NCBI RefSeq assembly: GCF_000743755.1 | Contig: NW_014569546.1 | Location: 1-64,000, forward strand | Length of the DNA stretch: 64,000 bases | Reading direction: 5' to 3' | Source of the DNA: Blastocystis sp. subtype 4 | Lineage: Eukaryota | Part shown: positions 25,229 to 38,676 of the stretch, piece after piece | Layout of the letters: each line of letters opens with the position of its first letter | Position numbering within the stretch: the first letter of the stretch is position 1 | Translations under genes and position numbers: made by a program | Notes under the pieces: model-generated | Seen by the model: only the letters and a program-made list of their open reading frames with translations | Database searches by the model: none | What the model was told of the DNA's origin: nothing

Positions 25229-27989
25229 ATGGCTGATGTTAGTCGAATCTTTGCATTAGGAGCTCAACGTCAAGCACAAACGCTATCTTGGAGAGACTTT
25301 GAAGGAGAGTTTAGTGAAACTACATTTATGGATAACGTAACTGCTGCTGCAATGTTAAAGGGTACGAATCTTATGATATGCTGTTATGTGTGATTAGAGC
25401 CCTCAGCTGATTGGAATGGGACATTGGATGTTAAGAGAATTCGAGGAGTTCTGGATACAGCAAAGAAACAAGTAATTCAGGTTCAATCTACAGTCGAAGA
25501 GATGATTGCAGAACAAGCAAGAAAATGCAAAGAAGCTGGTATGAAGTAACCAAAAATGACCGATAAATAGAGCAAACACTGCAAAGTGACTGTGATGGCC
25601 TCGTTGAAAAACTACATGGATTAGTCAGCAACTACAATATGATCAATGATAAGTATGGATTGGATACAGATGATAATTGCTAGATATACTTCGGTTTCGT
25701 CGTCTTCAGTTGCAGTGGGTCAGTCTCTCCAGTCTCTATCTGCACAGGTAGATACAATGCGGTGAGATAATAGGAAGAAAGAGAGAGCTCAGAAAACACA
25801 GCGGTTGCTCTCCAATTTCCTTCGATTCCAGGAAGATGAGAATCATATGTGTGAAATGCTTCTATCCAACGAGCAGTTAATTGAAGGGAGTCCCGCCCTC
25901 CAAGAAGTGGTTTCTCTCTGTGATGGTTTGGACAAGGATGAATACAGTGTTGTGATTGAGCGTGTGAATAAACGCGTTCAGTCTGTTGTTGATAAGCTAG
26001 TTGAATCGCTTCAAGAAGCCACTATGACCAATGATGTTCCAATTCTTCACATTCTTCATATCTAGTTACAGCAATTAGCTCAAATCACAAGCTGTTTATC
26101 TACTTTCCAGAAGGGAATGGGTGTGTATCAGACCTACACTCATATTAGTCTCAAACGAATCAAACAGGAACTTGAGAAGATTCAGTTAAATGCAGAAGTG
26201 ATATGTTAAGTGAATAATTCAATTATAGCGTTTGTATGGTGATTATGTGATTTACATGATTGAGTATTTCAATCAGCTGACATCTTTGTTCAAACAAGAA
26301 GTTGATACTGTTTATGAAATTTTTGAACGTGATGTGGTATGTCAGGTGATTGTATCTCTGATCGATCGTGTATTCAATGATCAAACTCTTGGTGTACAAA
26401 ATTGTGTATCTCCTCTCCTGTAGATACAATTCCTTCTCGATATGATTTCCAATGCTGTAACTCTCTCAAAAGAAGATAAATTTGAAGTTGCGAATGGAAG
26501 GTTATTTTAAGTGTAGTTGTTAGCTCAGGTATACGAAGGATCTTCGAAATATCTTACGGTAATTCTGGATTCTATTCGTGTGAAAGAACGAGGTTTAATT
26601 GGACATACTGAACGAATTCAACGAGAAGAAGAATCTCTTCGTGAGAGTATGAACAATTCATTTTCAAACAATTTGAGTGAATACTATCATGATGAACTCA
26701 TTGCTCTAAGTACAGCATATCAAGATGTAATTATGAACAATATGAGTGTTCCTATTACTCCTTCTTCAACAAAGTCTCTTTGAATACCAATTCTAATTCA
26801 TAGAGCTGAAATACGTAATGCTTTGAAATCTCTTTCTCCTGATGGTGATTCTGCCACAATAATTAAAGAACTAGTGACTGGATGTCTCTCACCAATTGTC
26901 ATCATTGAGCTCTTCAGTACAACTTCTAGATCTATAGATATCCATTGTCTTGATAATTATGAACTCCTTAACATCACGTCGTTTACGAAGATTGGAGTGT
27001 GGGAATGGAATGATTGCTTCTGTAACAGAAGTCCTATTCAAAGCAATAACTGACTATATCAGCGTCAGAATAATGAAGAGAAATGATTCATAGTTGATTC
27101 TAGATACTGTGATGATGGTGAATGGTAGGGAATATCCAACTACTGTGCTTCCTGGAGGAACTGTGAATCCACCCAACACATCGTTATTGGATACAGTAGG
27201 GAAAGAAATGAATCCTAATTGTAGATTCAAACCTTGAATGGTGTAGTTCATTGTGTCCAGCAGAACTATCTTACCAAGATCCGTTCAATTGTACCTGAAG
27301 GATCAGAAGACGAGCAAGTATGTGAGATTCATGTGAGGAGTATGTATGTGGTTGTGGAGAAGAAGGTGTCAGGACTATTACAAGAATTACTACGTCAAGT
27401 TGAATTGAATACCAGAGATCATGATTAGAGTGAATTATATTTGAATCAGTTGTTTGATTGCTTTGGGAAGAACAATACTTATCAACCTCCTTCGAATATC
27501 GGTATCACTCGTGCTTCAGATGAATGTTATGCTGTCACAGGATGGTTAAAACGACATCTTGACTATGTTGAGACTGCATTGGATGGAGGTAATCGAGAGC
27601 AATACATATCCTTAGACATTACAGAGTAAGAATCCTTTATTAGATACGCAGAAGCCTTCTTAATGGAGTTCCAACATTGTTTCTATGAGTCCTTATTGAA
27701 GATTAAAAAAGTGAGTAATACTGGAATTCTATTATTGGAACTGGATATGAGTTGTTATGAAGAGACATTATTGAAGTTGAATATGGAGTCTGCGAATATC
27801 TTTGTGCGTGTGATGAAGAAATTACTCCATCTCATATCTATTCCTACTTCTATTTTGAAGGGTCATGTTCAAGATCAAGATATCCTATCTCTGGATCGAC
27901 AATATGTACTTCAGGTGATGAAGCTTCGAAGCGATTACTATCGCAGTGATGAAGTGAAGGAATTGTATCAGCAGTTGCAGGATCTTTAG
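25229..27989 (+). CDS. SEC10: Exocyst component Sec10, multi-exon
   Basis: Helical rod; C-terminal LDGGN, KVSNTGILLL..D...Y, LRSDY motifs. Confidence 0.75.
27606..27647 (+). other. U12-type AT-AC intron
   Basis: 5' ATATCCTT, branch-like TCCTTTAT, 3' AC; removal joins the frames and deletes an in-frame TAA. Confidence 0.8.
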
Positions 27990-28013
27990 AAAGTATTTCT
28001 TATAACAAACACT

Positions 28014-28947
28014 CTAGTTCGTACAATTCTTCTTCATCTCCAAATACTCATAGTAAGGAGGATGAATAGGTTTTTGAACAGGTTCATGATATGTAAATGT
28101 TTCATTTTCATTTAATACTAAAGGATAGGAACGATCACTGTCGTAACCACTTAAGTCACCACAAGCCAAAAAAGGCACGATTTCTGCCTCTCGTTGACTA
28201 TGGAACTGATCTGGTGTATAAACACCCGAGAGACTGAGAGAGAACTGGTTCACATCAAATCCCTCAGGAATAGAAAAACCACGACAAACCACAAATGCCT
28301 CCATCGAGGAGTTGCGACTGCTCTTTGGTTTGCAACAGGATACTTCCTTAAAGAAGACACGCAACTGAGCATACAACAGAGTCACATCACGACCACGGAA
28401 GATCTTTGCAATAAACGTACCTCCTTCGGCCAGAACTCGAGTTGTAATACTGAGAGCTGATAACAATAATTGACTCTGAACATATACATCCATATCATGA
28501 AGACCCGTCACGTCAGGAGCACCATCACAAATCACCAACTGCGCCTTTTGTCCTTCAAAATGATTAATTATCTCATCGGATGTTGATTTTGATGTGATAT
28601 CGCCCTGGATCTGGATTACACCTTCAATAGGAGCCATTTCTTGCAGATCAACAGCAACAATCTTCACGTCCTTATTTCCATCACTTCCACTATATAACCG
28701 TCTTGATAAGACTTGACTCCAACTTCCAGGGGCAGCACAGAGATCGACAGCCCGTTTGACACCTAGAAGTTGACAACAATCACAAAACGCGTTACCTTCG
28801 AAAATATTATATTGTTCATCAATCTGGAGGAGCTTGAAAGCAGATCGAGCACGGAAACCTACTTCCTTTGCTTTCCGGTAGTATATGTCCTATATAATAA
28901 ATAAACTATATCACAGCCACTCTTTTGTCCTTCGAGTATCTCCCCAT
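28014..28947 (-). CDS. TRM7: tRNA 2'-O-methyltransferase Trm7/FTSJ1
   Basis: [59 protein letters not shown]. Confidence 0.96.
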
Positions 28948-28985
28948 TGAGAAAAAACATGTGTAACAAACAGAGCAAACTTTGG

Positions 28986-31116
28986 TCACTCACAAAGAAA
29001 AGCCGATTTTAGATAGATATCCACCCGTTGTTGATCCTCCTTCGATAATGTTTTCCTTTCCTCACCTAACCGATTGAGAATCATATGAAGAAAACCAAGA
29101 TCCTTCAAACGTTGTGACAATGCAAGGTATGAAGGAGACTATGTATCATAACAGTTTGTTTTCCCCACTTGCGGTAAGAACATCAAAAAACCACAGATAC
29201 TCCGCCACATTGCCTTCTGTGTAGGATTGTCCCTATCAACTAAATGAAGACGAAGATGAACAAATATCGGAGTTTCAAGGAGTTTTATCAACTTATCAGC
29301 TTGAAGAAGAAAAGACATGGAAAGCGGATGTGATGAAAGAGTATCCACAATCCTTTCAGCGATCTGGTACTCCTCAGTGAACCAACAGAGAGCTAAACAA
29401 GAAACAGAATTACAACAAAAGGCATGAAACAGAACATCAAACAAACGACTATCTGTTTCACTCTTTTGATGTGTCCAGTACGCAAATCCACGAAGACGCT
29501 TACGCAGAAACACTGTCTCCTCTCCTGTTAGCAGAATCACTTCCATCAACTGAACTACCAGAGAATTGAATTCTGGATCATCTTCAATCAAACTACATGC
29601 GAGACAGGAGAAAACGATGTCAGCTGATTCATATTTGCACAATGTCCGAATAACAAAAGAACCGCGGTTTTCTAGAAAACCTCGGGTATTGTGAATCACT
29701 CTCAGAATATCACGAATGACTCCCTCTGTTTCATTTCCAATCGTTGCCAACTGTAGAAGAACACGAATCACTTCTTCAATGACCTGCTCATGATCATCGC
29801 GTAGTGCCTTGAGCAAATTCTTTCGAAGTGTCAATACATCGAGTTGAGACTTTCCGACGGATGCAGCGGGCGTATGAGAAAGGAGAATTGAAGTAAACTC
29901 AATGGCAATTAGCATCGTTGCTTTGCATGTTGTTAGAAGACTAGAGCACACCAAGTTCCTCAATTGATCCAAGTCGGTACAATATTCACACTTCTGGAAC
30001 TACACATGATTCAATACTTCATGCATCACATTCAACATCAATTCTTTGCATGCACCCTCTGCAGCTTGTTGGACCTCCTCCTCTTCATCACTGAGACATG
30101 GTAAGAGAGCTTCAAGAAGTTGACTGTAAGGAAGACCCCATTCTTCTCCCACCAAAACAAACTCACGCACCCATGATACTGCAGTTAGACGGATAAACCT
30201 GTCTTTGTTGTGAGTTTGGGAAATAACAGTATTGATCATCGAGTTAATGTTGACATCACCTGGATCAGACTCTTTGATTTCAGATAGAAGTGTTCGAAGA
30301 AGAGCATCAGCTTCCTATATGGTAAACAGTCTGTAGACCTACTTGACGGATTTCACGATGTGGGTCACTTAACATATCAAATAAACCATCTAAAAACTCT
30401 GGTAAAAAGTCAAGAATGTCGAGGCCTGGAACATTGTCCATCACATCAACCCAAGAGATCAATAGACGTCGGATGTGCGGACTTTTGTCATTAATATATT
30501 GCTTCATCAACGGGACGAATTTCTCCACATCAAAGTACTGAATCTCAGTCACAATCTCCTTGAGTAACTTATCAAGCAGAGAAGCTGCCTAAACAGTTAA
30601 TGAAACCACTTGTAAAGTAATATAGGATATTTCTTTGACTTCTACATCAACATCGGCATACAACTCACATAAACTACTGAAAATCTCATTCATAAACTCC
30701 AGAATCTTTCCTCGAGACACCTTTACGATATTATACAAGGCTTCACAAGCATAGAAACGGATACGAGAATCTTCGTCATCAAAACAGCTCAAAACCGGAG
30801 GAAGTAACAGGAAAATATAGTTGCTAATATCGTTACTCACTCCAATTCCACAAGAGGCAATTCCAATCAATCCTCCCATTTTTGTATTGGGATTTGTTGA
30901 TTTGATTGTTCCATTACTGAGAACACCAATAATTTTCCGTATTCGCTCGGTATCTCCCGCATCCTAATGTTAACTCTTCCGATCAGGTTTTACGTGCATC
31001 TGATGAACAATACTCTCAATCTCAGACGCGGCAGCCTTCCGTTTTTCATAAGAACGATCTCCCAAGTTCTTGAGAACAAGAGGTGGAATCTCTTGTAGGA
31101 TTTCAATCGATTCCAT
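28986..31116 (-). CDS. VAC14: VAC14 scaffold of the PIKfyve/Fab1 complex
   Basis: YEKRKAAASEIE, GGLIGIA, RIRFYACEALYNIVKVSRG, FLPEFLDGLF, LLETPIFVHLRLHL. Confidence 0.95.
30589..30630 (-). other. Candidate U12-type AT-AG intron
   Basis: 5' ATATCCTAT, branch-like TTCATTAAC, 3' AG; removal gives VEVKE|AASLLDKLLKEIVTE. Confidence 0.65.
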
Positions 31117-31194
31117 CTCCTCTGGGCAAGTCTTTCCTGATATGCTCTCTGACTCAAGCAAACAACTATTCCCGCGGGAATTCAACAAACACGA

Positions 31195-32476
31195 TCAAAG
31201 CCGTACCATTCCATCATCACTGTAACTAGATTTACTCTGAAAGCCATTGATATCGTCCAGATCTGTGCTATCAATAGAATGCTTGTATGCAGAGTCTCCG
31301 GAACTCCTGGACACTCTATCGGTGACAGAACGAACATTCGATGCGGAAAGACTTGTTGGAATGGGTCTAAAACTATTTCTACCCATTGATTTGTGTGATG
31401 CCCTTTTTAGCAGTCGGATATTCTCTTTCAGATTATAGGGATCTCCACTTTGACTTCGAGGTTGGTACATGGTATTGGAATAGGTCTCCATGTAAGTCTC
31501 TTCAATAGGCGAAGAAGCGCTTCGGTATGTTTTTACTCCAGTTTCTTTGACAGTTTTTGGTGGGGTTGCTTTCATTTTCTTCTTTCTGTGAAAGACATTT
31601 ATAAATCGCTTCCACAAGGACTCCTTCTTGCGTTTTGGTGGGTTAGTGGACCGCTGATACTTCTCGGTTGAAAGATCTTCTGAAGAGAGACGGTAGGTAG
31701 TAGCCCGTTGCTCGATTAAATTCGAAAGTTTTTGGTTGTTGTTGCGCAATGCTTCATTATCGCGTGTCACATGATACAATTCTTGTTGCAATGTATAGAC
31801 CTGCTTTTTCTGAGCACTCAAATCATCTTGTAGTTGCTGATTCGTAGATGTAAGACTGGAATATGAGACAAGAACAAATAATACCTGTCGAGGATGGAAC
31901 CATCATTGATGTTGTACTTCTTCATAATATGACGATACTGTTCGACCCCGTGTTGGGCAGTAATTAATTCAAGTCGTAGTTTCTTCATCTCATCTCGTTG
32001 TCGTTGAACTCTTAATGAAATGATTATATTAATCGTACTGACGAGATAAGATGGATGTTTTATCCTCCAAATACACGATCTCAGAAGCCATCGTTTTGAT
32101 GTCTTCGTGAAGGGACTGAACAGTAGTCTGAACATGAAAAAAGGAATTCAGAGTCACTTTCAACGATGTAAACTGTTTAAGCACTTTGGTGATGAACAAT
32201 CGTCGTGTCAGCTTGAAGGAGATAATAGGAACAAATATCACCTTACATCCTTCTAGTTGTAGCGATTCCATCTATTGTTATCACTCACCAGATTTCCTAC
32301 AAATAGAGGATTTTTACTAACAATAGGAATAGGATCGTCTTCTACAAGCTCACCATCAGAATAGATATCTCGTTCATCGAACTCACTATATCTCATCATA
32401 TCAAATGATGGACCTTTAATTGTCGTGTTGAAACACGAGACTGAGTAACACTTGACTGGTTGCAGTTCACGTCCAT
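31195..32476 (-). CDS. Hypothetical coiled-coil protein
   Basis: Open exons 31195-31821 and upstream; TGTTTGTT 3 nt after TGA; start approximate. Confidence 0.5.
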
Positions 32477-32524
32477 TGCATTATATCATCCTTGGTGGAA
32501 TTTTCTTACTACTTTTATCCAACC

Positions 32525-33613
32525 ATGTTTAGTCCAAAGTAGAGGTTTTCTATTCTAGTCATACAATAGTCGGTTCATCAGGATCACTTCCGCTCTTCCG
32601 GGACTACTCATTATTGCTTTCTTCGCTGTCATGCTTTCCATCATCCCCGATATACTCGTTCCCATGTTTAAAGGTAATTGTTGTTCATTCGTTTCTATGT
32701 AGAGGCTGATTCACTATCGTCTTTTGTCATAGCTATCTTTAATTTTGTGACTTTTTTATGTTGCTATATCCTATGTTTATGGAGTTACTTGAAATGTGTG
32801 TTCACACGTAAATATTGGGATTCCCTTGTCACCTCTAGATCCTGGTCCTGTGACACAAGACTATTTGCGAAATTACGATGAGATGTATGGATCAAGTCGA
32901 ATGCGTTTTTGTGATGCATGCGATCAGAAGAAGCCTCCGCGTTGTCACCACTGCAGTATCTGCCGAGTAGATACAAATTGTTGTTATGGAAGTAGATGTG
33001 CATTGTGAATATGGATCATCATTGTCCTTGGGTTTGTAATTGTGTCGGATATCTAAACAAGAAGTTTTTTATTCTCTTTCTTTTCTATGCATGGTTTGGT
33101 TCCATCCTGATTATTGTTCTGACTTTCAAAACACTTCTTCCATATCTGTTAGTGAAGCGGAGTCGCCGATACAGGCTTTCGTCTTCTCCTCTTACTTTTA
33201 TAGCGTATTTGTTCTTGGTGCTGTGGATTGTAGATCTGTTCTTTCATTATCTTTCTTTGTTGCACTGCTTTTCTTTGGTGGATTCCATGTTTGGCTAGTG
33301 TTCAACGATCAAACTACTATAGAGACTTCCGCAAATTGCCAACGCTTTGCATCCCATGGACCATCAGGAAAGAAGATTCAGTACTACCGGAATTGGTGTA
33401 ATGTGATGGATACAAATCCCCTTCTTTGGATGATTCCAGTTCATGACAAGTCGTTTCACTTTTCGTGGGATTTTATGGAGGTTGGAGACACTCCGAGATT
33501 AAAATGATAGGATAGTGATGACAGCGAGTCTGAAGATGATGCCTTCCGTGTAAGCGAAGAAATGCACAGGTTGCGAGAGATGATGCCGCTAGTAGCAAGA
33601 GCAATTCCAACTT
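32525..33613 (+). CDS. DHHC palmitoyltransferase
   Basis: C..C...[36 protein letters not shown]; last exon follows intron 33481-33510. Confidence 0.92.
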
Positions 33614-33689
33614 CATATGTTTGTTGATACTCCCATTATTGGGCTATATGACGAATGCCGAATTATTCACTTTCTGAATCACCACGAAT

Positions 33690-34481
33690 ATGAAATTGTA
33701 TGATTTGGTTATGAATGAAGGTGTAATACTCTAGTGGAGTTGCTGTAACACTTCTCTTCTGTATTGCTGTATCTGGTTTCCATTGGCTGATCGCGTTTGA
33801 TTTATAGAAGTTATTCAGTTGAATGATGACAACTTTGAAACCCTTACACAGTCGACCACTGGATCTACAACCGGTCGTTGGTTTGTCAAGTTCTATGCTC
33901 CCGTGTGTTGTTTCTTCTTCTCTCTTATTGAATAGTGGTGTGGACACTGTAAGAAACTTGCACCTATCTGGGAGGATCTGGCTGATGACCTTAAGGGTGA
34001 GATCAATGTTGCTGAAGTAGATGCCACTGCAAATCCTGTTCTGTCAAAATTGTATGAAATTGAGGGATTCCCCACTCTGTACTTCTTTGAGAATGTCCTA
34101 TTGTGGCTGGCAAGTTAGCTGTAGGGTAAATATATTGCCTTTGAGGGTACACGCGACTTGGAGACACTGAAGTCGTTTGCTCTTGAGGAGCATGATCCTT
34201 CTTCCATGGAAGACTGTCCTCGCCTTCCTTCTTTCTTCAGTATGAAGGTTCAGGTCCATTCTCTCTTTGGAAGTGATCGTTAGCAATTGTCTGAGTTAGC
34301 CAACCGTCATCTTGCTCAAGAACCGTTTACTACATGTCTCGTTCTGATGGGAGCTGGTGCTGTAGTAGGTGCTTCGGTTACTCTCCTCATTTTCTGTTTC
34401 AAGGTTTGATTTGGAAAGAAGGTTCAAATATAGAGAAGAAAGACGTATGAACCTGTTACTGAGGAAAAGAAGAACAATTAA
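33690..34481 (+). CDS. ER transmembrane thioredoxin/PDI-family protein (TMX-like)
   Basis: Signal peptide, WFVKFYAPWCGHC, C-terminal hydrophobic segment and KKNN* (KKxx) end. Confidence 0.9.
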
Positions 34482-34505
34482 GTGTGTATTGAGGAAACAT
34501 GTTTG

Positions 34506-35245
<740 letters not shown>

Positions 35246-35394
35246 CGCAATAGAATTATTTGCAATCAAACATGGTTCCAGAAATCTTCCCGATTATAAT
35301 CACTTCCACAAATGCAACAAACAACCTATAGAAACAAGAAGGAATACCCCTACTAATCCATTGCAGTCAATGGAGCATCCACATTATTCTTCAC

Positions 35395-36535
35395 ATGGAG
35401 GAGTTCAAACTTGATAGTCCGCCAACAGATTGTATTTCTTGTATACGATTCTCAAAAACTTCGAATATGCTGATTGTGTCATCATGGGATCGAGTGAGTA
35501 GTTTTGGCTTTTCAATGATGCAAAGACTGTATCCTTGTATGACACTGATAAGAGCAAATTATTAAACCGATATGAAAACAAGGCGGCTGTTTTGTCCTGT
35601 GATATGATTGACGCCGAAACAGTATGTCTAGGAGGTTTAGATTGTGAAGTGAAAATGTAGGAGTCAATTTCTTTATTGATTGGAGTAGGTATGACTTCCG
35701 AAAGAAGCAGGAACGTGTTCTTGGAAGGCATTTGGCTGCAGTTAGTTGTGTTCTATATGTTGAGTCATTCCGTAGTTTTTGGATGACTAAATGAGCAGTA
35801 GATTACATCATCAGTAGTAGTTGGGATAAGAGTGTAAAGATTTGGGACGCCAGAATTGACGCTCCTCAACCACTTCTCTTTGAGCTAAAGCAGATTAGTA
35901 AAGTGTATTCGATGGACATTTCTTCAGATTTGTAGGAATGATTCCTATAAGTCATAAATAGGAAACTCTTTTTGTCTCTAGATGATCGTCAAATTGTTAT
36001 ATATGATTTAAGGGACCTTTCTCGCCCTTTGGTTAATCGTGAATGTCTTCTCAAATACAACACACGTTCCATGTGTTCACTACCTAATGGAGATGGATTC
36101 ATTATTGGCAGCATTGAAGGTCGTGTGGGCGTTGAGTATTTGGTCGATTCTAGTACTCAAAAACCCTTCTCTTTCCGCTGTCATCGTAAACCGGATTCGA
36201 TGGGTGTAGAACTCATATATCCTGTCAATTCCATTACAGTTCATCCTGTTTATGGCACGTTTGCTACTGGAGGGGCTGATGGTTCAGTATGTGTGTGGGA
36301 TGCTGTGGCAAAGAAACGTTTAGCTTATTTCCCGAAGTAGCTATTGGTGAATAGAGTGATTTGTAGTTATGTTCCTGGTGTTGCATGTCTGGCATTTAAT
36401 CATGATGGAACAAAGTTGGCAATCGCATGTAGCTATACATTTGAGCAAGGAAATGCAGTGACGGGAATGCCAAACTTTGTGTGTATTCGTTCCGTGAAAC
36501 CAGCAGAAGTGATGCCTAAGGTGTCAGGGGCGTAA
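35395..36535 (+). CDS. BUB3: Spindle checkpoint WD40 protein Bub3
   Basis: SIEGRVGVEY, FSFRCHR, IYPVNSI..HP.YGTFATGGADG, KKRL. Confidence 0.88.
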
Positions 36536-36625
36536 AATTATCATTTGTTTGTTTCGACCAGAATATGACTATCAATATCAGTGTTGAGGATATATTTGGA
36601 TTCTAGGGGGTCCAACAAACATACA

Positions 36626-38501
36626 AGTTCTCAGCAGCCAACTCTGCTACCTTCATTTGGATGTATTCTTCAAGTTTTTCGCGTAGAGAATTCACAATTC
36701 CATAATAGGCTGAACCAAACGTTGCCACCACACGCACTACAATAAACACTTTTACTTCACATTTACCTGGAAGAGATACACTGAAGGCAACACCCTGAAT
36801 TGTAGCATTTGCATGTACATTCGTTCGTGGATTCTCTATGAGATCGAAGGTATAAACAAGAATATTATCGTAAGTCTTACGAATGATGGGAGTTGCATGC
36901 TATGTGTGACTTGGTGATCATGATTACCATGTAGGAGTGGATGTTTGTTTGCCAGTAGAGAGCTCCTTGCATCTTAAAGTCTTGAACAGATCGATATAGT
37001 TGAAGGAAACTCGGTTTGACTACGAACACACATCGATTCCACTTCTTGAAAATCTTCTTGGATGTCACTCGCTTCAAAACCATTCCACATAGATAATCAT
37101 TCATAATGAAGAGTGGAGGAAGACTGTTCATTTGTCTAGATATCACTCTCTCGTTTCATATACCTCAGTTCATCTGGAGTGATGGTTGTAGTCGTTGTTG
37201 TCGTTGACGAATCATTGTACAAGGAAGCATACATCTGCTCAAATCCATTATCTCTCAGATGAACTGTGCTTTTGGCCTCAGTGAGAAGAGAGGAGGAAGC
37301 CTGTTCGACAAACTCATCCCTCATTCCTTGAGGCTGCGTGACAGTTGGATGATCATCGGAATTTGTGGTAGCGATATACTGAGCATATTCTTGATCCTTT
37401 TTAACGAGAAGATCGGTGTCTTCATCACAGGCATGCAGTAGCTGAATGAGTGACTGTGACTCTCCTCTACACATAATAAGAACAGTCATTATTGACAGTG
37501 AGAAACGACGGAGTGCTTCCTTGACAGATGGATCTTTCGATAGAATGAGTTGTTGGAGATAGGATTCTTCATATTCCGTGATTTCTCCTGCAATACACAT
37601 AAGATGGGCCTGTTGAATAAGTACATCTTCAGGTGTATGTATCTAGTTGGTTGGATAAACTAGATCCCTACTTCTTCCACTGTATTCACAACATTATAGG
37701 TGTGAATACATTGGTCTGTATTATACAGATCCATTGTACGTTCTTGTGTGTTGTTGATTACAGGGACAACAGGGATGTCTTCTGTAGTTGGGACGATTTG
37801 TTGGTCAGTCCATGTCTGCTGAGAGTCATCATATGCTTGTTGTTGAATAGTACCATATGTCTGTTGTTGAGTGTCATCATATGTTTGCTGCTGTGGATCA
37901 ATCCATGTCTGTAATTGCTGCGACTCACTCCATGCTTGGTGAGATGGTTCTGGCTCTATCCAGGTCTGTTGCTCGTCCCACTCCTCTTCTTGGTCAACAC
38001 CATTATCACCACCCTGGTTACCATCCTGATCACCAGGTCCATAGAACAACTGATCAAAGGCATCCATCCAATCAGGTGTTGGCTGTTGAGTTGGAACCGG
38101 TTCCTGAACAGAGGACTGTTGGTATCCCCCAGTAGTCTGTGGAGCCTCTCCTTCACCTTGATTTTTCATCCAGTCCTCCCAGATCCATTCATATCCATTT
38201 CCTTCCGGTGGAGCCTGATACGATGCTTCAGGAGCATTTTCATCCACAACGACAATATCCGAAGTGGGTAACTAAAACTTACTCTCTCATACATCAATTA
38301 CAGAGTCCTCTTTACACTTCTTCGGTGGAATGTAATTATGATCCCACCCACTTCGGAAACGAGGAGGTGACATTTCACGAGCATACTTCTAGTCATTAAT
38401 GAATCTACAACGTACAAACACTATCGGGATGCCGTTCTGTCCACGTTTGACCACTTGTATATTCCTAAAATACAATCAATGCAAATTCATACGCTGTTCA
38501 T
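36626..38501 (-). CDS. Hypothetical protein with Q-rich repeats and C-terminal PH-like domain
   Basis: G.VLKR..KKIFKKWNRCVFVV...LQLYRS resembles PH strands; start approximate. Confidence 0.55.
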
Positions 38502-38676
38502 AAACACAAGGAGTATTTAAGAATGAAGGGGATAAAGATAGCTTCGTCTGGTGATAGGAAACATAGTCGCTAGGATATGGAAAGAATCGCGGGATAAGAA
38601 ACTGATCATTCTTTTGTCACTTTCATCACTCCAAATAGGCCCGAATTTGTTCATAGATTGTAATCGCTAGATAACA

